Positions 47,292 to 58,000 of a DNA stretch of 64,000 bases are shown here, piece by piece (the stretch's first letter is position 1; each line of letters begins with the position of its first letter). The notes beneath the pieces were generated by a model. That model did not search any database and was not told the origin of the DNA. It saw only the letters and a program-made list of their open reading frames with translations. Both the position numbers and the translations under genes were made by a program. The DNA lies in assembly GCA_943787795.1 (NCBI GenBank), contig CALSNU010000002.1, positions 544,001 to 608,000 on the forward strand, in the 5' to 3' direction. Origin of the DNA: an uncultured bacterium. Lineage in GTDB: Bacteria > Planctomycetota > UBA1135 > GCA-002686595.

Positions 47292-50155
47292 TAGAGGGTC
47301 CGGAACTCGGCGGTCTGGAAGAGGGACTGCGCGAAGGCGGCCCAGGCCGCGAGCTTGGGGTCCTGGGGCTTCAGGTCGGAGGACGGAGGGCGGCTCTGGC
47401 CTCGCCCCCTTCGGCGACCCCGCGGCTTGGGCGCGGGCTCCGGGGTCATGTCCTCGTACTGGCGGAGGAAGCGCGAGACGGCCTGGGCCTCCGACGAGGA
47501 GGGCGCGCGCCCGAGGGTGAGCCGGTAGGCGTGCTCGATCCGATCACGATCGCTCCCCTCCATGGCGATCAGCGCGCTGGCCATCGCATCCGAGACCCTC
47601 AGGACGTCCTCGTTGTTCATCATGAACAGCGCCTGGGTGGCGACGCTGGTCTCGTCGCGGTCGCCTTCCACGGTCGCCGCATCCGGCGCATCGAAGACCC
47701 CTAGCGCCCCGACGGTGGCCCCGCGCAGGCTCGGCAGGTACACCGACCGAACGGGCTGCTCCGAGGTCAGGAAGCCAGAGAGCTGCTCACGGCGGAGGAC
47801 CCCCTCCACCGTGCCAACCTTGGAGCCCAGCGGGCGCCGACGGTCCAGCTCGCCCGCGGCCTGGAGCATCGCGTCACGGATCGCCTCGGCCTCGAGCCGC
47901 CGCTCGGGCATGCGCCAGAGCGTCACCACGTCCGGGTCCACCCGGTGGTGGTTCGCGTTGTGCTTGCTATCGAGCCGGTACGCGTGGGACAGGACGATCT
48001 CGCGGACCAGGGACTTCGTCGACCAGCCAGACTCCACGAACTCCGACGCGAGCCAGTCCAGGAGCTCGGGGTGGTCAGGGCGCTGTCCGCCGCTCCCGAA
48101 GTTGTCGGGGGTGCGGACGATGCCGCTCCCGAAGAGGTGGAGCCAGACCCGGTTGGCCCAGACGCGAGTGGTGAGGGGGTTCTGCTCTGAGGCGACCCAC
48201 TCGGCGAGCTCGAGCCGGCCGCTGCCTTCGCCGATCTCGACGGGGGTGAGGTGGCTGAAGACCTGGGGGATCCCCCGCTCCACGACCTGGCCGGGCTGGT
48301 CGAGCTCCCCGCGGCGCAGGACGGCGATGTCCCGGGCTGTCCCGTCGCTGGCGGTCATGGCCAACCGGTTGGAGCTCAGCGCCTTCCCGTTCTCCCCGAA
48401 GCGGCCGAGCAGGTCCTCGATCATGTCGACCTGCTGTTGCTGTTGCCTGCTCCTGCGCGCAGCGGCGCGGTCCTCGGCGCTCATCTGGCCGGCTCGCATG
48501 CGCCCACCGCCGCTCATGGGCGGCGTCGGCTCGGGCTCCAGGCGGTCGACCAGCCGCTCGAGGGTCTGGCGGAGCTCGGGGCCGAGCCGAGGTCCGTTGA
48601 CCACGTCCGCCTCGGCGGGCAGCGCGGTGAGCTCCGCGGTGTGGTTGTTCCCCGGGCCGGGGTAGGTCCCGAAGCGCGTCTCCGTGCTGAGGAAGATGCC
48701 GGCGAGGGCGTAGTAGTCCTCGATGGGGATGGGGTCGAACTTGTGGTCGTGACAGCGGGCGCAGGAGACCGTGAGACCGAGCATGCCCTGGGACATGGCG
48801 TCGATCTGCTCGTCGACCAGGTTCAGACTGAACTGCCTGGGGTCGCGGCTGTTATGGCTCTTTTGGCCCAGCGCCAGGTAGCCGGTCGCGATCAGGTTCT
48901 CGGCGCGTTCATCGGGCCCGTCGTGGTCCAGGAGGTCCCCAGCGAGCTGCTTCACGAGGAAGTCGTTGAAGGGCATGTCCGCGTTCATGGCGTCCACCAC
49001 GAAGTCGCGGTAACGCCAGGCGTGGGGGTACAGGACGTTGCTCTCCATGCCGCTGGACTCGGCGAACCTGGCCACGTCGAGCCAGTGCCGTCCGAAGCGC
49101 TCGCCGAAGGCGGTCGACGCGAGGAGCCGGTCCACCACCGCCTCGTGAGCGCCGGGAGAGCGGTCGCGCTCGAAGGCCTCCTGCTCCTCGGGGGTGGGTC
49201 CCAGCCCCGTGAGGTCGAAGGTCACCCTCCGAAGCCAGGTCAGCCGGTCGGCGTCGCCCACAGGGCGCACCCCCTGCGCGTCCATGGCCGAGCGCAGGAA
49301 GTGGTCCACCTCGGTCCAGGACCAGCGGTCGCCCTCCAGGGCGGGCACCTCGGGGCGCGTGATCGGTTGGAAGGACCAGAACTCCCGGGCCTCCTCCATG
49401 TCGATCTCTCGATTCAGAGACTCCCCGCCAGCGGAGTCACCGGTTGAGCCGCCGACGGAGACCATGGTCATCGAGGGCTCAGGGCCCTCCGGCCAGGGGG
49501 CCCCCATGGCCACCCAGCGCTCCAGGTCACGGATCTGATCGTCCTCCAGCTTGCCGCTGGGGGGCATCGCGAAGGTCGGGTCCTCGTAGCGCACGGCCTC
49601 GATCAGGGCGGACCCGTCCACGTCTCCGGGGACGAGAGCGGGGCCGGAGACGCCGCCCTTCAGGAGGGACGCCAGCGAGTCGACCTTGAGCCGGGCCTTG
49701 ATCCTGGGTGAGGTCTCGGCGTGGCAGGAGTAGCAGGCCTCGGCGAGGACCGGCCGGACCCGGGTCTCGAAGAACTCAATCTCCTCATCGGTGGGGGGCC
49801 GCTGCTCGGCGGGAGCTCCCCCGGCGTCCGGGCCAGAGGTAGGGCCAGAGGTCGGGCCAGACGTCGGTTCGGGCGTGGCCCCGGTCTCCAGGTCCTCTTG
49901 GGTCAGGAAGCCGTCGCCGTCACGATCGAAGCGACGGAAGGCCCGAGCGCTGCGCGGAAACTCATCGCGGTCGATCTTCCCGTCGAGGTTGGCATCAAAC
50001 CGGACCAGCATCCCCTTGAGGAGCCGGCCAGAGACCTCCTGTGTGGGGGAGGCCGCCAGGGTGCTCGGTGCGAGCGCCAGGGCGCTGACGGCCAGGGCGG
50101 CCAGGGGCAGCGCCGGGCGCCGGATAGCTCTACGGGTGGTGGGCATGGGCGTCAT
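47288..50155 (-). CDS. Planctomycete cytochrome c / PSCyt2 (DUF1549) / PSD1 (DUF1553) protein with EF-hands
   Basis: CYSCH, RRVTFDLTGL, HWLDVARFAES, CARCHDHKFDP, HPELLDWLA, RLEAEAIRD; DANLDGKIDRDE and DRDGDGFLTQED. Confidence 0.93.
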   Translation of the reverse strand: MTPMPTTRRAIRRPALPLAALAVSALALAPSTLAASPTQEVSGRLLKGMLVRFDANLDGKIDRDEFPRSARAFRRFDRDGDGFLTQEDLETGATPEPTSGPTSGPTSGPDAGGAPAEQRPPTDEEIEFFETRVRPVLAEACYSCHAETSPRIKARLKVDSLASLLKGGVSGPALVPGDVDGSALIEAVRYEDPTFAMPPSGKLEDDQIRDLERWVAMGAPWPEGPEPSMTMVSVGGSTGDSAGGESLNREIDMEEAREFWSFQPITRPEVPALEGDRWSWTEVDHFLRSAMDAQGVRPVGDADRLTWLRRVTFDLTGLGPTPEEQEAFERDRSPGAHEAVVDRLLASTAFGERFGRHWLDVARFAESSGMESNVLYPHAWRYRDFVVDAMNADMPFNDFLVKQLAGDLLDHDGPDERAENLIATGYLALGQKSHNSRDPRQFSLNLVDEQIDAMSQGMLGLTVSCARCHDHKFDPIPIEDYYALAGIFLSTETRFGTYPGPGNNHTAELTALPAEADVVNGPRLGPELRQTLERLVDRLEPEPTPPMSGGGRMRAGQMSAEDRAAARRSRQQQQQVDMIEDLLGRFGENGKALSSNRLAMTASDGTARDIAVLRRGELDQPGQVVERGIPQVFSHLTPVEIGEGSGRLELAEWVASEQNPLTTRVWANRVWLHLFGSGIVRTPDNFGSGGQRPDHPELLDWLASEFVESGWSTKSLVREIVLSHAYRLDSKHNANHHRVDPDVVTLWRMPERRLEAEAIRDAMLQAAGELDRRRPLGSKVGTVEGVLRREQLSGFLTSEQPVRSVYLPSLRGATVGALGVFDAPDAATVEGDRDETSVATQALFMMNNEDVLRVSDAMASALIAMEGSDRDRIEHAYRLTLGRAPSSSEAQAVSRFLRQYEDMTPEPAPKPRGRRRGRGQSRPPSSDLKPQDPKLAAWAAFAQSLFQTAEFRTLY

Positions 50156-50355
50156 TCTCTCAGGATTCTCATCGGGTGTCGGTCGGCCTGCCCTTCACCC
50201 CTTGCGCGGTCGGCTCTCGGTCCGACCCTCCCAGTCAACACGAAGCCACCAACGAGGTTCCTCCTGTTCTTGTTCCACGTCTCGTCTCGTCCGTAGAATC
50301 GTGTCCTGCGGCCCCCCTATCGGATGCCGCGCCGGGCCCCGCGCCCGAATGCTGC

Positions 50356-51360
50356 ATGACGCACGATGATCAGAGGGCGCCTTCGGGGCGTGGTGCCGAG
50401 GTGCTCCGTCAGGAAGCCCGGGCGATCGCAGGGCTTGCAGAGCGCCTCGGGGGCGACGTCGGAGGGGCGGGGGATGCCTTCGGCGCGGCCGTAGCGATGG
50501 TCTTGTCGTGCCGCGGGCAGGTGGTCGTCACGGGGATGGGGAAGGCCGGCCTGATCGGTCAGAAGATCTCGGCCACCCTCGCCAGCACCGGGACTCCCTC
50601 CTTCTTCCTGCACCCCGCGGAGGCCCTCCACGGGGACCTCGGCCGGGTTCGGCAGGGGGACGTGGTCCTCGCCATGTCGAATTCAGGGGAGACGGCCGAG
50701 GTCAACATGGTCATGGGCGCCGTGCGCAAGCTGGGGATCCCGCTGATCGGCCTGACCGGCCGGGCCGACTCGACCCTGGGCCGCTACGCCGACTGCCTGC
50801 TCGACATCGGTCGAGTGGAGGAGGCGGGCCCCATGCGGCTCGCGCCCACCGCCAGCACGACCGTGATGCTCGCCCTGGGAGACGCCCTGGCGATGGCGGT
50901 GCTCGAGGAGCGAGACTTCGGGCCCCGGGACTACGCGATCTTCCATCCCGGGGGCAGCCTCGGTCGGAGCCTGCTCCGCGTGGACGAGGTCATGCGCAAG
51001 GGAGAGAGCCTCCCGCTGGTGAACGCCGGGACCAGCGTCGCGGACGCGCTCATCCAGACCTCGAAGACTCCGGGGCGTCCAGGGGCCTCGCTCGTGATCG
51101 ACGCGGACGGGCGCCTCGCGGGCATCTTCACCGACGGCGACCTGCGCCGGCTCCTGGAGCGCGGCGACTTCGGTCACCTTGAGCGTCCGATCGACGAGTT
51201 CATGGCCAGCGAGCCCAAGGTCCTCGGGCCGAGCGATCTGGCGGTGGACGCCCACCGACTCCTGCGCGAGAACCGGATCGATAACGCCCCCGTGATTGAC
51301 TCCGAGCGGCGCCCGGTGGGCCTGCTCGATGTCCAGGATCTGATCGAGGTCGGGATCTGA
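50356..51360 (+). CDS. kdsD: Arabinose 5-phosphate isomerase (KpsF/GutQ family; SIS plus CBS domains)
   Basis: TGMGKAGLIG, HPAEALHGDLG, SNSGET, APTASTT, FHPGGSLG, GIFTDGDLRR. Confidence 0.93.
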   Translation: MTHDDQRAPSGRGAEVLRQEARAIAGLAERLGGDVGGAGDAFGAAVAMVLSCRGQVVVTGMGKAGLIGQKISATLASTGTPSFFLHPAEALHGDLGRVRQGDVVLAMSNSGETAEVNMVMGAVRKLGIPLIGLTGRADSTLGRYADCLLDIGRVEEAGPMRLAPTASTTVMLALGDALAMAVLEERDFGPRDYAIFHPGGSLGRSLLRVDEVMRKGESLPLVNAGTSVADALIQTSKTPGRPGASLVIDADGRLAGIFTDGDLRRLLERGDFGHLERPIDEFMASEPKVLGPSDLAVDAHRLLRENRIDNAPVIDSERRPVGLLDVQDLIEVGI

Positions 51361-51367
51361 CCCAGTC

Positions 51368-54300
51368 GTGCGCCGACTGATCATCTTTGCCCTGGTCTTC
51401 GGCCTGGGTGCCTCGCTTCTCTGGTACCTCGAGTCCGAGCGGCTGAGGTCGGACTCCGATCGCACGGGGTCCCTCGACCTGGATCGCACGAGCGAGACGT
51501 CGATCCCGCCCTTCGTGCCGCCTTCGCCGGAGGCCGAGGATGAAGCCGTCGGATCAGAGACCGAGAGCACTGGATCCGACGGAAGCGGGTCCCGCGGCAG
51601 CGGGTCCGGGGGTGCGGGCCCCGACGAGGCTGTGGGCGGCGCTGCGGCCGCCGACGATCGCAACACTCTCCTCAAGGGGGAGCGGGTGGTCACCAGCGGC
51701 GCCCAGAAGACGAACCTGCCCCCGCGGCGGGCGGGCGAGCCTCGCATCGTGTTGGTCACGTCCGACATGCAGCCCACTGACGATCAGGGCACGCAGTATG
51801 AGCTGACAGGAGTCGAGGTCGACTCCTTTGTCGTGACGGGCGCGCCGCGGAATGAGGAGCCAAAGAGCAGCAGTATCCGGGCCGCGAAGGGGTACCTGGA
51901 GCTGGTCACAGAGGACCTCGGGCTGGAGTTCGACGATGACATCAACGTCCTCCTCGAGGGCGTCGTCGTCCAGCAGCTGATGAACACGCCTCTCGCCCCC
52001 TTGACGCTGGAGGCAGAGCGGCTCGACGCCAAGCTCGCCCTGGAGGAGCTCCGGTCCGTGGGCGACGATCTGGTGAGCTTCGCCTCCCGGGACTTCCGCG
52101 GCACAGGTCGCGGGCTGGTCGGCCTGGGAGGGATCGGCAGCCTCTCCTTCGAGGGTGGTGCGGATGTGGTCGTGGAGCTTGGCGCGGATCGCTCGGCGCG
52201 AATTCGTTCCAAGGAGGGGGGGCAGCTCAACGTCGTCTCAGTTCTCGGGCCGGATGGCGCGAGTCGCCGAGTGGTCCGGGTGCGTGCAGAGGGCGGCGTG
52301 GTGCTGGTCTTCGGTGACGCCTCCGGTGAGACCGCCGACGGCGACTCGATCTCGGTGGAGGCTGGCGCCGTTGACGTGGACATCGAGCTCGGCGGAGAGG
52401 GCGTTGCCAATCGAATCCTCGACGCCCGCGCTGGCGCTGGAGTCGAGGTTCGACGGGGGCGGGACCGCTTCAGCGGGCAGGAGGGTCGTATCGAGTTCGA
52501 CGGCGCGCGGCCGCGACGGGTGACCCTGCGCGGAGAGCCGAGCGTCGCCTATGTGGTGGAGGAGGCCGACGGCGAGCTCCGGCTGGAACTGACCGGCGTC
52601 GGCCCCCTCACCGCGAACCTCGAGCCCGCCGCAGGCGCCCCCGACGAGTATGGAGCCCAGCGCTTCGTCTTCCTCGGTCCCGGCACGCTCGCCGCCGCCG
52701 ATCGGGGTGGCACCATCACGTTCCAGAACGAGGCCCAGGGCCGCGCGTCCATGGATCGGTCGAGCGCGGTGGTCCTCCTCAGTGGATCGGTCCGCGCCGA
52801 CTCCGCCGAGGGGGCGCTCGAATCCGAGTCTGTCCTGGCGACCTACCGCGGCGAGCGAGGGGTGCAGCTCTCGGCCGAGGGGCCCTCCACCCTCAGGGCG
52901 CGGCGAGCCGACGGTCTCTACCGGGCGGAGGCGAGGGGCGGGCTGACCGCACGTCTCGAGGGCGAGCGTTGGTTCATTGACGAGGCCCGAAGCTTCGAGG
53001 CGGAGGCCCTGGGGGAGGAGCCGCATCGGCTCACCGCCGGGGTGGTCCGTGACGTGGATGTTGCGGGAGAGACCTTGGTGGCCTCGGGTGGCGTTCGCTA
53101 TCAGTCCCTTTGGGGCGAGGCCCGTTCGACCTCAGCCAGGCTACATGGCGGCGCCGAGATCGACCTCGAGGGCACCGTCGAGGAGCCGGTGATGCTCAGC
53201 CTGGTCCCGGAGAGCCAGGGTCTGAGGGACGAGGCCGAGGATGTTGCTGGAGTGAGGACGGGCGTTGTGAGCTCGCTCTCCATGGCCCTCTCTCGCGACG
53301 CCTTCACGGCCCAGGGTCAGGCCATGGCCGAGCTTGAGGGTTCGGAGGGGCAATGGCAGCTCGACAGCGACCGGATCCGAGGTCTGAGGGAGGCCGCCGG
53401 CAGCGACGGCAGCTCACCCTTCCAGTTCGAGGTGACGGGGGTCCGCGAGCTGCGCTTGGAGAGCGCCCTCGAGCGCAGCACCTTCTCGGCGGAGAAGGTG
53501 TGGGTGGACGGGGTGGTCCTCGGGGAGGGGGGGGCCAACCTGGCGATGGATGAGGCGCGGTCCATCGAGGTTCGTGCCGAGGGCAACGTCAGCGTCAGGA
53601 TCGAGAGCCTCGCGCCGGAGGGGCCCTTGGACCTCCTCGCCTCATGGAGCATGGAGGCTGCCGCCGCCACCCTGCGGCGTGGAGCGCAGGGCGACGACCT
53701 CCGGGCGCCGTTCACGCTCGTCGCCGAGCAGGTGACGCGCGGTCACTTCGAGGGGGCCGGTGTGAGCGCCGACCTCTCGGCGGACCAGGTCGAGGTCGAC
53801 GGGGTGGTCGGCTCGCGGGTCGCGCTCTCGGCCGAAGATCGGGATCAGGCTCTGGTTGGCTCATCCCTCACAGCGACCGGGAAGGTGGAGACCTCCTTCG
53901 CGATGAACCCGGGCAGACCTCCGATCCAGGGGAGAGGGGACCACTTCATGCTCGTGGATGGTCAGCGCGGTCAGCTCGGTGCGGACCCGGGTAAGCGGGT
54001 GCGAGCGCGGGGGTTGCTGCCGGACCGGGAGGAGCCCTTCGTGCTCACGGCTCGCTCCGTGGACTTCTCGCGGGCCGAGCTACGGGCGGTCGAGCCTGTG
54101 CTGGAGGTCCAGGGCGCGAGGCCGCTGATGGACTTTGGCGGTATCCGCCTCAAGCGGATCTCCGGTGAGTACCTCGAGGCCACGCGCCAGCGGGCCGTCC
54201 TCGCGGGGACCCAGGAGGACCCGGTGCTGGGCGTGGGAGTCAACGACAGGGGGGAGCCCATCTCCATCCGCGCTCGTCGAGTGGAGATTCCCCTGGGCGA

Positions 54301-56957
54301 GCTCGGGGACGCGAACGTCGACCCCGGCGCGCCCAGCCGCACCCTGGGGCCGTTCGATCCGGTGCCCGCTGTTCAGGAGGATGACGACGATGGCGTCGAG
54401 ATGGTCGGCTTCGAGCTCGACCTCGGCGGCGGAAGACTCCTCAGGGGAGAGACCGGTGAGTTTGACGGAGACCGGCTGCGGCTCGAGGGCAAGCCCGCCA
54501 CGCTCCGCGTCGCAGGGCTCGAGGTGGCGGCCGACTTCATCGAGCTTGACCTCGTGGACTACCTCCTCCATACCGGGCGCGGTTCGATCCGAAGTCCGGG
54601 TGTCGAGGGGGAGCCTCCTTACTCGGTCGAGTTCGCCGGGATCGAATCCCAGCTCGTCGGGGACGAGGTCCTGGTCACGGTCAACGCACCTTCTTTCTCG
54701 GCGGGCGCGGACAGCGCCCGCGCGGACTTCTTGGCCCTCTTTCTCGATCGCGCCCGCTGGCGGGCGCGGGGCGACAGCGCCTACCGGGGGATCCCTGAGC
54801 CCGAGCTGGAGGCGCCTCTGGTGCCGGACTTGGCGAGCAAGCCCAACTTCCTGGCGGAGCTCCTCTTCGAGCTCCAGACCCGCGAGTTCGGCAAGTACTT
54901 GCGATCGATCTACATCGAGGGGGGCTTCGAGGTCCTCAGGGGAGACAACCGCTCAGCCACAGGCGAGCGCGTGTACGTCGACCTCCCGCGAGCCGTCACG
55001 TGGGCAGAGGGGTTCGAGCTCTCTTACCCCCTGGAGACTCGAGGGCAGAACGTTCCCCTGCGGATCAAGACGGAGCGCATCGAGTCGAATGAGGAGGGTG
55101 CTCTCGTGGCTGATGGCGCGACCCTGACCACCTGCAGCCATCAGGAGCCGCACTTCGTGGTGAGGACCCGGAAGTTCTCGCTCTCCCCACGCGACGATGG
55201 CCGCTGGCGGTTCGCGGCCCGCGGTAACCGGATCAAGTTCGAGGGCGGCTTCGGCATGCCGCTGCCGTCCATCGGCAACGTCGTGCTGGACGAGGAGTTC
55301 GGGGTCGAGGGGTTCGAGGATGAGGCAGGAGAGGTCACCCCCCTCAGCGATATCGCCGTGGCCCAGACCGCGCGCTTCGGCGCGACGCTGGGAGCGGCCT
55401 TCCGCTTCGATGTCGGCGGCGTGGGCTCATGGATCGGCGAGCGGCTGGGCATGAACCCTGACCAGATCGAAGGTAAGTGGGACACCTCGGCGAGCTACCT
55501 CTGGGATCGTGGTCCGCTCCTGGGCCTTGGCCTCAGCCTCCGCGAGCATGAGCCCGGCGACGATGCTGGTGAGGACTTCCGCGTCGACGCGTTCGTCGGA
55601 GGCATCCCCGATAGCGGCATGGACCGTGGCACGGTTCGCGTGCCGGAGGACGAGCGGGACACCCTCCGCGTCTTCGGCTACCTGAGGAGCCGCTACCCGA
55701 TCGTCCGCGGTGAGTGGATCGACGTCGCCGTTGCCTCTCAGACGGACGCCGGCGTGCAGTCCGAGTTCTATGAGAACGACTACCAGCGCTTCGACCAGCG
55801 GGACACCTTTGTTCGCTGGCGTAAGTCGCTCGGCGCAGACTACCTCGCCGCCGGGGCACAGAAGCGGATCAACTCGTTCCGCAGTCAGAAGGAGGAGCTG
55901 CCCTCCTTCCAGGCCTACCGGGGAGAGCGCGCCGTGGGCGAGGTCGCCGGGCTCCCCTTGCTCTATGGCGGGTCATTCGAGGCGGGCTACTTCCGACGTC
56001 GCGAAGGGGTGGCGAAGGATGACCTGTTCTCGGACCTCCCCGGCGGCGCTCAGCTCCCCATCGGCGACGGGGACTCTGGGCGAGCGGACCTCATTCAGCG
56101 GGTCGCGCTCCCCCTCCGGACGGGGGTCGGCGGAATCAAGGCAACGCCCTTCGCCGAGGTGCGCGGCACGGCGTGGACCGAGTCGCTCGACGATGACGGA
56201 GAGGACCCGCTGCGGGGCGCGGCCATCGCGGGCATGGAGCTCTCCACGACCCTCCACAAGGTCACCGACAGCGGATACCTGCACGCGCTAGCGCCGCGCA
56301 TCTCGGCGTCCAAGGACCTTTGGTACGAGGAGAGCGGCGGCGAGCTGATCCCCTTTGACCGGACCGAGGAGCCGATCGATGGCGATCGCTATGAGGCGGG
56401 TCTCCGGGCGCTCTGGCAGCGACCGAGCACCTTCGAGACTTTCGACCTCGACGTCCGAGCGACGCTCCTCAAGGACCGCTCAAGAGAGGACCTCGAGGAC
56501 CTGAGACAGGTCGCGACGTTGGGCCGGTACATCACGGGGTATGGCAGCGGCGAGGGGCTGATCGGCATCCTCCATGACGCCCGCTACGACGTCGAGAACA
56601 CCGAGACGACCTACACACGGAGCACCTTCGCGGTGCGGCCCGATGACGAGTACCTGTTCGAGGTCAGCTACGGTCAGGCGCGGGCGCTCGACCGGGCGGA
56701 GCTCTACGAGACGGCTGGCGTCGCCGGGCGCTGGATGGTGGACCCGAAGTGGGAGATCGAAGCGCGGTACTCCAGGGACCTGCGCGAGAGCGAGTCGTTG
56801 CTCACGGAGCTCGTCCTGCGGCGCTTCAGTCACGACTTCGTGCTCGACCTGATCTTCCAGGACCGGGCCGGTGAGGGCGGGACCACGATCGGGTTGAGCT
56901 TCAAGCCGCTCCTGGGCTGGACCCGAAGCCGTCCTGGGCCTGCTGGACCGGCGCTAG
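51368..56957 (+). CDS. Very large LptD-like LPS assembly protein with LptC/OstA-like N-terminal region
   Basis: N-terminal TM; LptC-like segment; LTTCSHQEPHF motif ~55125; alternating beta-strands to the C-terminus; stop at 56957 after removing one C at ~56933 (ORF track runs to 57097). Confidence 0.7.
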
Positions 56958-56961
56958 TCGC

Positions 56962-57723
56962 TCAGTTGCCCACGGGCGTCCACGTCATCCCGTCCTGGGC
57001 GGTGAGGCCAGCTGCGGCCAGCGCCACATCCGAGCTCATGTCATCGGTCACCGAGAAGGCTGCGTCGAACTCTGGCGAGCGGTTCAGGCCGTCGTAAGCA
57101 CCCCCCGATGCCCCGATGTTGTTCCGGGTCGCCACGACGTCCCCGATCTCGTTGATCATGAAGGCCCTGCGGCCGGTGCGATTGATCTGCTTGGGCCACG
57201 CGTAGCAGCACCACATCAACTCGCAGTTCTGGCTGTCCGGGTAGGCGCCGGGGTTCGCTCCGCCGCTACCACGCTCGGGGAGGCCACCGACGACGCCGCC
57301 TGTGCCTCTGTTGGGGAGGAAGATCTTGAAGTAGTAGCCGTTGCGCTCGATGGTCCCTTCACCTGCGTTGTCGAAGACGTCTGAGAACTGCTTGGACAGG
57401 AAGGACGGCTGGGCGCTGTCGCCCGCAGCGCCGATGCCGATCCCGAGCGCGGACCAGACTCGGACGGGGGTGCCTCCAGAGAGCTCTCCGAAGTAACCCG
57501 CTTCACCACCACCGTCGAGATCCGTGTCGATGGTGACGCTCGAGATCATGTTCTGCTGAGCGGTGGCGATCGACCGGAGGGTCGAGATGGTGGCGTTCTC
57601 GTTGGCCGAGATCCGCGCGCTCACCAGCTTTGGGATCGCGATGGCCGCGACGATCGCGATGATCGCGACGACGATCATCAACTCGATGAGGGTGAAGCCG
57701 GACTGCTTGTTGGGACGGGGCAT
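56962..57723 (-). CDS. Type IV pilin-like protein (prepilin N-methylation motif)
   Basis: G|FTLIELMIVVAIIAIVAAIAIP, ANE..LRSI, GYYF, YAWP..TGRRAF. Confidence 0.88.
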   Translation of the reverse strand: MPRPNKQSGFTLIELMIVVAIIAIVAAIAIPKLVSARISANENATISTLRSIATAQQNMISSVTIDTDLDGGGEAGYFGELSGGTPVRVWSALGIGIGAAGDSAQPSFLSKQFSDVFDNAGEGTIERNGYYFKIFLPNRGTGGVVGGLPERGSGGANPGAYPDSQNCELMWCCYAWPKQINRTGRRAFMINEIGDVVATRNNIGASGGAYDGLNRSPEFDAAFSVTDDMSSDVALAAAGLTAQDGMTWTPVGN

Positions 57724-58000
57724 TGGAATCGTGCGCGAGATCAGGGCGCGGGGCGCCTGGCGGGTCGGCCGGTCCGGAGCGGACCTGCAATCGGCCCTAT
57801 CGACGTGATCCTCTGATTCCTTGACGGGTCCCGTAGCGCACCCGCAAAACACGGCTCAGGGGGCCTGCAGAGCCCCTTCAGGCCGCCACGGGAGGCGACC
57901 TGTGCCAGAAGAGGAGGGCAGCCCCCAGCGCTGACCTCTCCCCCGGGAGGGGCCAAGCGGGGGCCGCGCTGAGGGCTTCGGTGGTGACCCTGACGTGGGT

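Noticed and set aside
50271..50286. parS half-site tgttccacgt
   Set aside because: The second half is not palindromic
56958..57097. C-terminal extension of the LptD-like ORF overlapping the pilin gene
   Set aside because: Better explained by a one-base insertion at ~56933; the repaired frame stops at 56957
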